This document shows, in pieces, positions 40,669-50,506 of a stretch of 64,000 bases of DNA. The stretch is from NCBI GenBank assembly GCA_019057385.1, contig JAHQJS010000004.1:1012727-1076726 (forward strand), in the 5' to 3' direction. This stretch comes from Candidatus Borrarchaeum weybense (GTDB lineage: Archaea > Asgardarchaeota > Sifarchaeia > Borrarchaeales > Borrarchaeaceae). The notes under the pieces were generated by a model, which saw nothing but the letters and a program-made list of their open reading frames with translations, was not told the origin of the DNA and ran no database searches. The translations under genes were made by a program, and so were the position numbers. Every line of letters begins with the position of its first letter. Within the stretch, counting starts at the first letter, position 1.

Positions 40669-41150
40669 GAATCTACACAGTTCTTAATCTGTTGTATAGA
40701 AGCCAATTTATAGGAGATCGGAAAGAATGGGTATTTGAATTCATCCGATGTTCTGCGCCTTTACCTTGAATTGGATGAGTATCCAACAAAAAGTACTGTA
40801 TGAATTGTTATAGCTAAATACACATGATTGTCGCAGATTCCATCCGTTAATGCAATAACGCTTTATCTTAGGACGTGTTCTTTTTTAAATATTATCAAAG
40901 TTTTTCCCTAGAAAGTAGTCAGCGTAACCAAGTGCGACGAAACATAACACGCATTTTAAAAAAATTGTTGATAGCAGGCAGCCTATGCGACTGTCTGCAT
41001 TTGTTGGAGATATGCCTTGAATTTTAAATTATTCTTGCGATTTCATCGAATTATGTTAGAGACCTTATACAAGAATGACCTTGTGAGAATGCACAAGCGT
41101 GTGGCAAATAATAAAAAAATTATTGAAGCGGGCATCAAAAACCCATTTAT

Positions 41151-41945
41151 TTAAAATTCGTCTTCTTGCGGTGGGCGTCTCAAATTGTAAAGTGCTCCAT
41201 TATATCGCTTCGTTAATTGGTAGCTATCGTAGATTGCATATAAATACCACACAAGCGCAGGCAGAATGAATAGACCTGCACCAAAGATCCATGATAGACC
41301 TGCACCAAAGATCCATGATAGACCTGCACCAAAGATCCATAATCCAATAGTAATAACAAGGAAGACAAGACCACGCCTAATTTTACCTACAAACAAATGT
41401 CCAAGACCTGCAAGGACGATAGTTAAAAGAACAGAGATGCCTTCGTCTTTCCTTGCGAGAGTAAGTTGTGCATCTGTCATCTGAGTCGGATAAGGCTTCG
41501 GAACAGGCGAGTATTTTGGGGACATTGATGTTGTACCAGGGGATGGAGGTACAAAATCTTTTTCGGGAGTAAGAGAAGCACCACATTGCGTGCAGAAAAG
41601 ACTCTCAGGAATATTAGTTTCACCACAATAAGGACATACTTTAATTCTACTCTGCAACATCCCTTTATACTTTGTTTTGGTTTTATCCTTTACAAGTTCT
41701 GAAAGTCGACTTTTAATTTCGCCTAGTTGACCTTCTAACAATGTCAAGTTTTGCTCAAGCATTTCTCTTTCTTGTGGTGGCGGCATAGCTTCTGGCTGAA
41801 CTATTGGACTAGATTTGTAGGGAGCACCAGATCCGTAAAGATAGGGCATTGCCCACCACCTTCTAGGCAGCCATGGAAACCATCTGCAGGACCAAGAGGT
41901 ATTTGGACCGAATCCGACACCTCTACCGCGTCCACCTCGTCCCAG
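41151..41945 (-). CDS. DUF5320-like N-terminus fused to zinc ribbon and TM2-like membrane domain; probable CTG start at 41945 (ORF track starts at 41849)
   Basis: In-frame upstream GRGGRGRG..CRWFPWLPRRWWA; GGAGGG 6 nt before the CTG; CPYC/CTQC; GLGHLFVGK. Confidence 0.7.
   Translation of the reverse strand: MGRGGRGRGVGFGPNTSWSCRWFPWLPRRWWAMPYLYGSGAPYKSSPIVQPEAMPPPQEREMLEQNLTLLEGQLGEIKSRLSELVKDKTKTKYKGMLQSRIKVCPYCGETNIPESLFCTQCGASLTPEKDFVPPSPGTTSMSPKYSPVPKPYPTQMTDAQLTLARKDEGISVLLTIVLAGLGHLFVGKIRRGLVFLVITIGLWIFGAGLSWIFGAGLSWIFGAGLFILPALVWYLYAIYDSYQLTKRYNGALYNLRRPPQEDEF
41270..41340. repeat. 24-bp tandem repeat x3 encoding WIFGAGL(S)
   Basis: ATAGACCTGCACCAAAGATCCAT(G) x3. Confidence 0.9.
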
Positions 41946-41947
41946 CT

Positions 41948-42298
41948 TTATCCCTCCTTTTCAAGTTCTTCTAATCGTTTTCGAACGGTTTCTATTTGAT
42001 CTTCAAGGAACTGTAGTTGTTGTGTGAGCATTTGTTTTTCTTGCTCAGCTGGTAATGTCCCTGGTTGGAAAGGCGTTGTCGCCATCATGCCTAAAGTTGG
42101 TACTCCTGATGTAGGTTGTGCTGATTGGAGGTAGGACAAAAACTGCGGCATTAGTCCGCTCTGCATGATCCATTGTGCGGTTGGAGGCAATCCAGTCGGA
42201 GATCTACCCAACCACCCTGGAGAGAAACCAAATCGCATCCATCCAGGAAGCCCAGTCATCTGATACATCCAACGATATCGATAACCCATTTTCATCAC
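41948..42298 (-). CDS. DUF5320-family protein (copy 2)
   Basis: YRWMYQMTGLPGWMRFG, GRSPTGLPP, C-terminal coiled coil. Confidence 0.85.
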   Translation of the reverse strand: MMKMGYRYRWMYQMTGLPGWMRFGFSPGWLGRSPTGLPPTAQWIMQSGLMPQFLSYLQSAQPTSGVPTLGMMATTPFQPGTLPAEQEKQMLTQQLQFLEDQIETVRKRLEELEKEG

Positions 42299-42429
42299 CT
42301 CACTAATCTGTTAGAGATAGGAAGGCTACAAAGATAGGGCATTGCCCACCACCTTCTAGGCAGCCATGGAAACCATCTGCAGGACCAAGAGGTAGTAGAA
42401 CCTAATCTGACACCTCTACCCCGTCTCAT
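42295..42429 (-). pseudogene. Truncated 44-aa duplicate of the DUF5320-like N-terminus
   Basis: MRRGRGVRLGSTTSWSCRWFPWLPRRWWAMPYLCSLPISNRLVR*; 42330-42394 identical to 41837-41901. Confidence 0.7.
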
Positions 42430-42431
42430 CT

Positions 42432-42797
42432 TTACCCCTCCCTCTCAATTTCTTCTAGTCTCTTGCGAATGCCTTCTATTTGATTTCTAAGGAAATCTAA
42501 TTGTTGTGTAAGCACTTGTTTTTCTTGTACTGCTGGAACTGTCCCTGGTTGGAAAGGTACTTGTGGCATCATACCAGGAGTTGGTACAGTTGTTGGTTGC
42601 CCTGATTGAAGATATGATGTAAATTGGGGTAATAATCCGCTTTGCGTAATCCACTGTGCTGCAGGCGGCAATCCAGTCGGAGATCTACCCAACCACCCTG
42701 GAGAGAAACCAAATCGCATCCATCCAGGAAGCCCAGTCATCTGATACATCCAACGATAGCGTCCTCTACCACCTCTACCACCTTGACCATATGACAT
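42432..42797 (-). CDS. DUF5320-family protein (copy 1)
   Basis: GGRGGRGRYRWMYQMTGLPGWMRFG; 42667-42758 identical to 42186-42277. Confidence 0.85.
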   Translation of the reverse strand: MSYGQGGRGGRGRYRWMYQMTGLPGWMRFGFSPGWLGRSPTGLPPAAQWITQSGLLPQFTSYLQSGQPTTVPTPGMMPQVPFQPGTVPAVQEKQVLTQQLDFLRNQIEGIRKRLEEIEREG

Positions 42798-42837
42798 TTT
42801 TTATTCACCTCATTAGTTTGTTGATTATCATCAATAA

Positions 42838-42851
42838 TGGGATTATGCACA
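42838..42851. promoter_or_regulatory. TGTGC-N4-GCACA-type box (degenerate)
   Basis: TGGGA-TTAT-GCACA upstream of the DUF5320 genes; a half site TGTGCATAA at 43025 lies upstream of the divergent NifX gene. Confidence 0.45.
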
Positions 42852-43145
42852 AAAATATATAAATTTTTCTGTGATGAACTTACTTACTTTTCTGTCAATG
42901 TCTTATTAAATTTCTGTATTTCAATAGAATTTAACTATTTAAAATGTTTGTTGCATTATGAATTATTAAATTCGACTTTTTAGTTAATTACTCAACAAAA
43001 AGATATTTAATTCTACAAGAATTTTGTGCATAATAAACTTTATAAAAATTGGCCTCACAAAACATCATACTATTGTTATAATTAAAAAGAGATCACCTTT
43101 TAATAATATAAATTTAAGACCTGCACAGTGAAATGAGGGTAAAAA

Positions 43146-43505
43146 ATGAGAATAAGTGTTCCAAGTATGGGAAATAAAGGCTTAGAAGATATGGTAGGAC
43201 AGCACTTCGGAAGAGTGCCGACGTACACAATTTGGGATTCAGAAACCGAGAAAGTCGAAATTGTGTCAAACACAAGTGAGCATATGGGTGGAACAGGCCT
43301 CCCGCCTGAACTTATGCACGCACATAAAGTGGACATTATGTTATGCTCTGGATTGGGTCAACGGGCAGTCCAAATGTTCGAGCAAATGGGTATAATGGTT
43401 TACGTTGGTGCAATGGGGACCGTAAAGGACACCATTGAGGCATGGAAACGAGGGGAATTGCAAGAAGTAACTGATGAGACAGCATGTCAGGCACATCGGC
43501 ATTGA
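43146..43505 (+). CDS. NifB/NifX-family (FeMo-cofactor-binding-like) protein
   Basis: MRISVPS, HFGRVPTY, CSGLGQRA, C-terminal CQAHRH. Confidence 0.88.
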   Translation: MRISVPSMGNKGLEDMVGQHFGRVPTYTIWDSETEKVEIVSNTSEHMGGTGLPPELMHAHKVDIMLCSGLGQRAVQMFEQMGIMVYVGAMGTVKDTIEAWKRGELQEVTDETACQAHRH

Positions 43506-43570
43506 ATGATTTATCATGGCATAATTACCTGTCCATCCATTTTTGCAGAGAGCGTGTTTAGGTGGACTAA

Positions 43571-44791
43571 TTGACAAAAGAATCAGATATTGCCAAAATT
43601 CGAAACGCAGCGATAATAGGCACGGGCATAAACGTTTTTCTTTCAATTATAAAATTCTTAGCGGGCTCTATTACGGCAAGTATCTCTCTCATCGCTGATG
43701 GAATTAACTCTTTGTCAGATGTCTTCCCATCTCTTGCAGTGGCCGTCGGGATTAAAATTTCAGAACGCCCACCTACTGAGGACTTCCCGTATGGATTCCA
43801 TAAAATCGAAAATTTCGTCAGTTTATTTATCTCCCTCGCTATTTTTTATGGCGCTTATGAAATGATAACAGCAGCTATTGATCGTTTTGTGGCTATTCAA
43901 GTAATAGAAAATCCAATAGTTGGAATTATTACTGCAATTGTTTCTATCATCACACTGTTCGTAATTTCCACATATAAAATCAAAATCGGTAAACAAACTA
44001 ACTCTCCAAGTTTGCTTGCTGATGGCGAACACAGCCGTGTAGATGTTTTTGCCTCGTTGGCTGTGCTAATTGGAGTTTCGGGGGCATTTTTCGGCATATA
44101 TATTATGGATGCCATCGCTGCAATTATCGCAGCAATTTTTGTAATTAGGGCTGGCTATGAAACATTCAAAGCTTCTACAAAAGTGTTACTTGATGCTTCT
44201 ATTCCTTATGACGCCCGAGAGCAGATAAAAGAAATAGCCCTAGAAACTTCTGGTGTCAAAAAAGTACAGTGGATACGTGCACGAGGTTCTGGCAAGTATT
44301 TTTTCGCTGAATTGAAGATTGAGGTAGATGCACACATTGATGTGGAGAAGGCTCAACTACTAGTTGAGAAACTTAAAGCGAACATAAAAAACCAAGTGGA
44401 GAATATCGATAACGTCCTCATCTTACTAGAACCTAAGAAAAAGGAACTGATACGCATCGCTGTACCAATAGAAGAGGATCAAGGTTTAAAATCTCCAGTT
44501 TTTCCTCGTTTCGGGGAGACCGCGTATTTTGCCATTATTGATATAAGAGATGATGCGTTATCCGATATGACAATTTTAGAAAACCCGTTTAGGAATGAAC
44601 CAAAACGGAAAGGAATATTGATAGCTGAATGGTTAGGCGATCAACAAAAAGTCGATAAGGTATTCATTAAAGAGCCCCTAAAGAAGGGACCAACGTATGC
44701 GTTCGATAGCTATTATGTTCAAGTTACCGAAACTAAACTTGATTCACTGAAGGACATAATAGCGGAGATCAGCAAAAAAAAGGTGCCATAA
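43571..44791 (+). CDS. Cation diffusion facilitator fused to a C-terminal NifB/NifX domain
   Basis: SISLIADGINSLSD, PYGFHKIE, LLADGEHSRVD; RIAVP..RFGETAYF. Confidence 0.9.
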   Translation: MTKESDIAKIRNAAIIGTGINVFLSIIKFLAGSITASISLIADGINSLSDVFPSLAVAVGIKISERPPTEDFPYGFHKIENFVSLFISLAIFYGAYEMITAAIDRFVAIQVIENPIVGIITAIVSIITLFVISTYKIKIGKQTNSPSLLADGEHSRVDVFASLAVLIGVSGAFFGIYIMDAIAAIIAAIFVIRAGYETFKASTKVLLDASIPYDAREQIKEIALETSGVKKVQWIRARGSGKYFFAELKIEVDAHIDVEKAQLLVEKLKANIKNQVENIDNVLILLEPKKKELIRIAVPIEEDQGLKSPVFPRFGETAYFAIIDIRDDALSDMTILENPFRNEPKRKGILIAEWLGDQQKVDKVFIKEPLKKGPTYAFDSYYVQVTETKLDSLKDIIAEISKKKVP

Positions 44792-44801
44792 AAATTCTTT
44801 T

Positions 44802-45383
44802 TTAACTTTGCTCTTGACAGAATTTAACAAACTTCTGCCCATGAAACCACGTTCTGCTCAGTAAATGCTGGTGTTCCTGTTTTATCGGGTTGACTCTAAG
44901 ACTTATTCGTTCGAGATTGGCGAGTTTTTCTAATCCCTTAATCTCAGTTATTTGATTGATGGTGAGATCCAACTCTTTAAGGTTGATCAGCGTCTCCAAT
45001 TCCTTAAGCTCAGAAATTTGGTTGCGTGAGAGATTCAGATATTCGAGATTTGTAAGCGTTTCCAGACCCTTGATCTCACTAATCTTGTTCCGATATAGAC
45101 CTAATCTTCTAAGCTTCGTCAAGTTATCCAGACCTTTAATCTCTTCGATCTGGTTTTTATTGAGGTACAGCTCTTGGAGGCTGGTGAGCGTTTCCAGACC
45201 CGAAATTTCTTTTATCGTATTCTCACAGAGAATAAGACTTTGGAGAGAAGTAAGATCTGCCAAATCTTCGATCTCTTCAATGTCGCTAATTCCCTCGTGA
45301 TAACGAAAGAGCCGGGATCTACCTGTTTCAGCTTCTCTTTCAACAAAATATTGCTTTCCTTTAAAAGTAACTGAGTCGGTCAT
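44802..45383 (-). CDS. Leucine-rich repeat protein (SDS22-like)
   Basis: LxxLxLxxNxIxEIKGLExL repeated about 6 times. Confidence 0.92.
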   Translation of the reverse strand: MTDSVTFKGKQYFVEREAETGRSRLFRYHEGISDIEEIEDLADLTSLQSLILCENTIKEISGLETLTSLQELYLNKNQIEEIKGLDNLTKLRRLGLYRNKISEIKGLETLTNLEYLNLSRNQISELKELETLINLKELDLTINQITEIKGLEKLANLERISLRVNPIKQEHQHLLSRTWFHGQKFVKFCQEQS

Positions 45384-45565
45384 GGATACTCACTTAATAC
45401 ATACTTAACGATCTATATAAATGCTAATTGAAGGAAGAGAATTAATAATAGTTCCTGAACAAAGTGAAACTTAAAATAAGATTGATTTCTTCTTAGATTA
45501 ATGCAGTTCATTATTTTAGTTGACATTTATGATCATATTTCGTTATCAGAGTAAGACTTATAAAT

Positions 45566-45604
45566 TGTGCATAAGCACATAAATACAGGTTTAGGTTTAC
45601 CTAA
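45566..45604. promoter_or_regulatory. Composite operator upstream of the DtxR gene
   Basis: TGTGC-ATAA-GCACA (45566-45579), 11 nt, TTAGG-TTTA-CCTAA (45591-45604). Confidence 0.75.
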
Positions 45605-45752
45605 ATCACCCATAAATTAATCTTGTTATCACATTCGATAGTTTTTACATTCAAGTTATTGAAACCAAGCATGAGTTACTTAAGGATATAATTACCGAGA
45701 TAGGCGAAAGAAAAGCACCCTGAAAAATCCTAGTATTTAAAATCAGATTTAG

Positions 45753-46184
45753 GTGTTTGAACAAAAAATGGAGAAAAATAAGATAAACAAAATCGAAGAA
45801 GAATACCTAAAAACCATTTACCAACTTATACAAAGTAAAGGTCAAGCTAGAGTTTCTGATATTGCTAAGAAACTATCTATTCGACCAGCTAGTGTGACAG
45901 AAATGATTCAAAAGTTATACAAAAAGGGCTTCGTCTCCTATGAACGTTACAATCCCATAACTTTAACGCAAGATGGTGAGGTTTTAGCAAAAACCGTAGT
46001 CAAAAGGCATGAAGTATTGAAAGAATTCCTACAAAGATTTCTTGGGATCGATAAAAAAATTGCGTCAGAAGATGCGTGCAAAATGGAACATGTGGTTCAT
46101 GCTGAAACTATGACTCAGCTAATAAATTTCATGAACTTCATTCGTAAAACCCCAAATTTCATGAAATGGCAGAATTTGGACTAA
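45753..46184 (+). CDS. DtxR/MntR-family metal-dependent repressor
   Basis: EEYLKTIY, ARVSDIA..PASVTEMIQKL, RHEVL..FL, DACKMEH. Confidence 0.95.
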   Translation: MFEQKMEKNKINKIEEEYLKTIYQLIQSKGQARVSDIAKKLSIRPASVTEMIQKLYKKGFVSYERYNPITLTQDGEVLAKTVVKRHEVLKEFLQRFLGIDKKIASEDACKMEHVVHAETMTQLINFMNFIRKTPNFMKWQNLD

Positions 46185-46294
46185 AAGACTTTAAGAATTT
46201 GCTATATAGACATTTCAAAGCAAATCTTGTTTAAGGATTGACCTATTATGATCACCTTAGATTTTAAATCTGTATATTTTTTGGAGGTGAAAAT

Positions 46295-46933
46295 ATGATC
46301 GAACGAATTGTTGTGAGTTCACAAAGTCAAGGGGGATTGGACGACATGGTGTCACCCGTGTTTGGACGATGTCCTATCTATACGATCGTAGATATTGATT
46401 TGGATAAAAAGGAAATCAAAGAAGTTACCACGGAAAATAATCCCGCTATGGGCGCTATGGGAGGCGCAGGCATTCAAGCCGCACAATTAATCGGTAATCT
46501 GGGTGCTAAAGCCGTCATCTCAGGAAATTTTGGCCCTAACGCCTTCATAGCCCTCCAGCAACTGGGAATAAAAATTCATGCTGGTGTTTTCGGCATTTCT
46601 GTAAAAGAAGCTGTAGATCAGTATCTTGCAGGAAGTTTAACACCCGTTACAGGTCCTACCGCTCCAATGCATGCGGGCATGGGCATGGGCATGGGTCGTG
46701 GTATGGGTATGGGACGCGGCATGGGTATGGGTCGTGGTATGGGTATGGGACGCGGCATGGGTATGGGAATGGTTACTCCCCAACCTGGAGCGCCGATGGT
46801 TGCCCCTCCACCTACACAACCTTTAAGTCGAGAAGATGAAATTAAATTACTTAAAGACCACCTAAAAGCTATTGAAGAAGAAGTTAGTCGTCTAAAGTCC
46901 CGTCTTAATGCATTAAAAGAAGAGGATAAGTAA
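46295..46933 (+). CDS. NifB/NifX protein with GRGMGM repeats and DUF5320-like coiled-coil tail
   Basis: FGRCP, GAGIQAAQ, GNFGPNA; (GRGMGM)x4; SREDEIKLLK. Confidence 0.9.
   Translation: MIERIVVSSQSQGGLDDMVSPVFGRCPIYTIVDIDLDKKEIKEVTTENNPAMGAMGGAGIQAAQLIGNLGAKAVISGNFGPNAFIALQQLGIKIHAGVFGISVKEAVDQYLAGSLTPVTGPTAPMHAGMGMGMGRGMGMGRGMGMGRGMGMGRGMGMGMVTPQPGAPMVAPPPTQPLSREDEIKLLKDHLKAIEEEVSRLKSRLNALKEEDK
46676..46769 (+). repeat. 18-bp coding tandem repeat (GRGMGM)
   Basis: GGTCGTGGTATGGGTATG and GGACGCGGCATGGGTATG units alternate. Confidence 0.85.
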
Positions 46934-46982
46934 GACTGACTCTCTTCAGCTTTCTTTTTTTACTTCATTTAAATTTTGGATC

Positions 46983-47984
46983 TTATCCTTCACTCATTAT
47001 TTTTTTCGTGACATCTGATTTGAATTTGCGGAGAATGAACTCGTGGTTCATGTAACTAAGTTTTACTATTTTATTTTCTTCTAAGAGCTTATTTATAACT
47101 TCTTCGGGTTGTAAACCTCTTTCAGAAAAAAACTTGTGTGCATAATCGACCATCATCGGATGAACTGAGGTTATTGCTAGAAATCCGTGAATAGGATCTT
47201 TTGAAACACTATCAAACAAAGCATCTTCATAACCTGTAAGTAATTCCACATGTTTCTTTCCTAAGTGATTTGAGAATATTTCATGAGCCATTAAAATAAT
47301 TTTTTCATCTGCGGGTTCAACCCATGGTTCTGCTGGAGGTCTCGTGGGTATCGCAATATAAGCAATATCTACCTTCATTTCGGAAAGAAATTGAGCAATT
47401 TTGGTGATTTCATCCTCTCGATCATTAATCCCTTTAATGAGCATTGTCTCCGTTATGATCCGTCCCTTATATTTTTTCGAAAAATTTACTATGCCGTCTA
47501 ATATTTCATCGAGTTTTAGCTTTGGATGTGGTCTATTAATCTTTTTCCAGATTTTTTGAGTTATTGCATCAATCTTTATGGATACAGTATCTCCATAGTA
47601 TATGTCGTCTTTAACATCATCTCGATACATTAAAGACGCGTTTGTAATGACTGCCACTTTTGTAGAACGTTCTTTTTTTATTTCAGCGATTTCAAAACCT
47701 AGATTTTTGTCTAATGTTGGTTCTCCGTCAGGAACAAAAGTAATATAGTCTATGGACGCATCAAACTTCTTAGCTTCTATTACAATTCTTACAAGTTCAT
47801 CGGGGTTGTAGTACTCGTTACGTTCGATTTCAAAATGTTGTGTTCTGCCAATCTGACAATAAACGCAAGAATAACTGCAATTTTTATAAAGTACATTATT
47901 AACCCCCAAAGACATGCCTAATCGTCTCGATGGAACAGGTCCAAATACTACTTTTTCCGTCATTGATGCTTCACCTGAATGCAA
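46983..47984 (-). CDS. Radical SAM protein (COG0731-like)
   Basis: FGPVPSRRLGMSLG, CSYSCVYC, DGEPTL; probable start at MTEK. Confidence 0.92.
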   Translation of the reverse strand: MHSGEASMTEKVVFGPVPSRRLGMSLGVNNVLYKNCSYSCVYCQIGRTQHFEIERNEYYNPDELVRIVIEAKKFDASIDYITFVPDGEPTLDKNLGFEIAEIKKERSTKVAVITNASLMYRDDVKDDIYYGDTVSIKIDAITQKIWKKINRPHPKLKLDEILDGIVNFSKKYKGRIITETMLIKGINDREDEITKIAQFLSEMKVDIAYIAIPTRPPAEPWVEPADEKIILMAHEIFSNHLGKKHVELLTGYEDALFDSVSKDPIHGFLAITSVHPMMVDYAHKFFSERGLQPEEVINKLLEENKIVKLSYMNHEFILRKFKSDVTKKIMSEG

Positions 47985-48236
47985 GTGACGCTTGCATTTT
48001 TTTTACTTTTGCGATAATTGTCGTGTTTATCAATATTTCTTTAAATGGCATTGAAAGATTTTGAAAAGCTTTAGTGACACCAGCATTGAAACATTATTTT
48101 GCATAGATATTTCTATAGTTAGAAAAAAGCAAAATCGAATGGCGGAATTCTTCCGTGAAATATTTAAGTAAGCTCCCGAGAAAATATTTAGAGGTCTTTT
48201 TATAATTGATAATAAAAACGAGGAAAGAGATAGAAA

Positions 48237-48923
48237 ATGAGGAAAGAGATAGCGGTTGTGGGAGTTGTTATTTTAGTTTTTGGGCTAGTTTTAGCAGCCG
48301 CAGGAACGAGGACAACGTACCAAAGCGTTGAATATACTGAAAATCTACTTGACACTTCTTACACTCTTCCAGACAATTACTATGTGTATTGGTACACGGA
48401 TCTAGATGCAGGAGATAAGGTATCAGGATCGATAGAAACCACCCAACCAGTGAACTTCTTTATTTTCACTTCGAATCAGTTCAACGAATGGCAGACAACC
48501 TACGCATACTCATTAACTGCACCCTCAGTTGTCACAAGAACTAATTCGCAAAGTATGGCATTCAGCGCAACTATCCAGTCCACAGATACGTATTATTTAG
48601 TTGTGTATAACGATGGACTCACAAGTTGCGAAATAACTTCAATACAAGTTGACAGAGCTTACTATGAAACTGTAGAACGTCGAGATTATACATTAAACAT
48701 GATCGGCGGAATATTGGCTTTAGTTGGGATTATTATAGCAGCAGTTGGCGCTACACGAAAAGAAGTTGAAAAAGAAGCTCCACTACCTACTCCAGTTGAG
48801 CCTGCACCAGTAACACCTAAACCTGAGCCGACAATAGAACCAAAACCGGAGTTTTGTCCTTCCTGTGGTTCGGAAGTTCCAGCTGGTACGGAATTCTGTC
48901 CGCACTGCGGTTCTGCAGTTTAG
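48237..48923 (+). CDS. Membrane-anchored beta-sandwich (GOLD/p24-like) protein with cytoplasmic zinc ribbon
   Basis: Signal/TM, GDKVSGSI..VNFFIF..TYYLVVYN, second TM, Pro-rich linker, CPSC..CPHC. Confidence 0.65.
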   Translation: MRKEIAVVGVVILVFGLVLAAAGTRTTYQSVEYTENLLDTSYTLPDNYYVYWYTDLDAGDKVSGSIETTQPVNFFIFTSNQFNEWQTTYAYSLTAPSVVTRTNSQSMAFSATIQSTDTYYLVVYNDGLTSCEITSIQVDRAYYETVERRDYTLNMIGGILALVGIIIAAVGATRKEVEKEAPLPTPVEPAPVTPKPEPTIEPKPEFCPSCGSEVPAGTEFCPHCGSAV

Positions 48924-48974
48924 CACGGATTCCATACGATTTTTATTTTTTTTAAGATTTGCGTCAGCATCACT

Positions 48975-49481
48975 CTATTTCTTCATAGGTAGAGCGAATG
49001 TCTCTGCAAGGAGTTTTACTTGTTCTTTTGCTTCCCAGAATTGACGCGGAAAATAAATTTCGATTATTCCACGAAGCCTGAAACTAATGTCATTGAATTC
49101 ATCAATGAATGCCTGGGCATCATCCTTCGTTTTTATGTCCTCTATGATTGTTTTCGACTTTTCAATGATGTTCTCAACGGTCGTTTGTTCCACTTCTTCG
49201 ATAAAACGACTAAACGTTGATATAGGGGAAATTATTTTTTGTAATCGAACGACGGTAGTTTTTCCTATCTCTCGAACTTCAACAAATCCAGTTCTTTCTA
49301 AGACTTCTAAGTTCTCACGAACTGTTGCAGTGTCAAGTCCAGTGAATTTTTCTAATATGCTTGCAGCTGCGCATCCACCAAGCCCTATTGTCGTCATCAA
49401 GAGCTTCATGCGTTCTTCTGAAGAAAACGCTTCTACCACATCGCAGCATAATGGCTTTGGCACGAACTTTAACTTTGACAT
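48975..49481 (-). CDS. ArsR-like winged-helix regulator
   Basis: AFSSEERMKLL, TVRENLEVLERTGFV..IGKT; vicinal CC near the N-terminus. Confidence 0.7.
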   Translation of the reverse strand: MSKLKFVPKPLCCDVVEAFSSEERMKLLMTTIGLGGCAAASILEKFTGLDTATVRENLEVLERTGFVEVREIGKTTVVRLQKIISPISTFSRFIEEVEQTTVENIIEKSKTIIEDIKTKDDAQAFIDEFNDISFRLRGIIEIYFPRQFWEAKEQVKLLAETFALPMKK

Positions 49482-49597
49482 ACAATTCCCTCTCTATATA
49501 ATATAGAATCGTTCACATAAAACCTTTAGTCAATAATCTAAATTCACTTAATTCATAAAAATTATGGAAGAGGAAATGTTCTACATCGAATTTTCTG

Positions 49598-50506
49598 CTA
49601 AGAAAATCTTAGACTTTGAAGAAGTCTTTCTGCAATTAGTTTCAATGATACGGCTGCAGGACTCTCTGGCGCATAGGTAACAATTGGTTCTGCTTGGCCA
49701 ATAGAATATGGTACATTCTTATCGAGTGGGATCTCTCCAAGCACCTCAACGTTATTCTTTCTGGCTATTTCGAGTATCTGGACTTTTGACGGTTCATGTA
49801 TATCCGATTTGTTGATAACAAGTCCAATCCCTAGTGGAAAATGTTGTGCAATATATGTGATCCTTTCGAAAGCTTTCATTGCAGAAGGTGTTGGTTCAGT
49901 TACGATGATGACATAATTCGCTCCCGTTATAGCGGCTATCACTGGGCAACCTGTCCCGGGCGCACCGTCAACTAAAAGAATATCTGCATTTACCTTTTGT
50001 GCCTCTTCTCTTCCCCGCTTTTTAATTTCTGTAACAATCTTGCCAGATCCAGTCTCACCGATAGCTATCTGTCCCGTAATTATTGGAAATCCGTCTGTAT
50101 TGTTCTGTGAACTGATAACTTTTCCCCCCCGTACTGCACGTATCTCTATTGCCTCTTCTGGACAAAGTATTGCACATTTTCCACAGCCTTCACAGAGATA
50201 TGGTATGATTATTGGTGGTTCTGCCAAATCTGGTTGCATTATTGCGTTTTCACTGCAAGATACAACGCATTGTCCACAATGGGTACATCTGTCAGCAAGG
50301 ATGAAAGCTTTTTCTGACACCTCAATTTCGTCTTCAACTCTTCCATCGTCCTTTGCGCTCAAGAGCAATGCTAAATTTGGTGCGTCGACGTCAGCGTCCA
50401 ACGCCACAAGGTTTAGATTCTTTTCGCGAAATAAAATGGCTAGTGCTGCAGCAACTGAAGTTTTTCCAACTCCGCCTTTTCCCGAGACTACCACAACTTC
50501 TTTCAT
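49598..50506 (-). CDS. MinD/ParA-like P-loop ATPase with inserted 2x[4Fe-4S] ferredoxin (COG1149)
   Basis: SGKGGVGKT, DADVDAPN, CTHCGQC/CEGCGKC, DGAPGTGC, VTEPT. Confidence 0.93.
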   Translation of the reverse strand: MKEVVVVSGKGGVGKTSVAAALAILFREKNLNLVALDADVDAPNLALLLSAKDDGRVEDEIEVSEKAFILADRCTHCGQCVVSCSENAIMQPDLAEPPIIIPYLCEGCGKCAILCPEEAIEIRAVRGGKVISSQNNTDGFPIITGQIAIGETGSGKIVTEIKKRGREEAQKVNADILLVDGAPGTGCPVIAAITGANYVIIVTEPTPSAMKAFERITYIAQHFPLGIGLVINKSDIHEPSKVQILEIARKNNVEVLGEIPLDKNVPYSIGQAEPIVTYAPESPAAVSLKLIAERLLQSLRFS

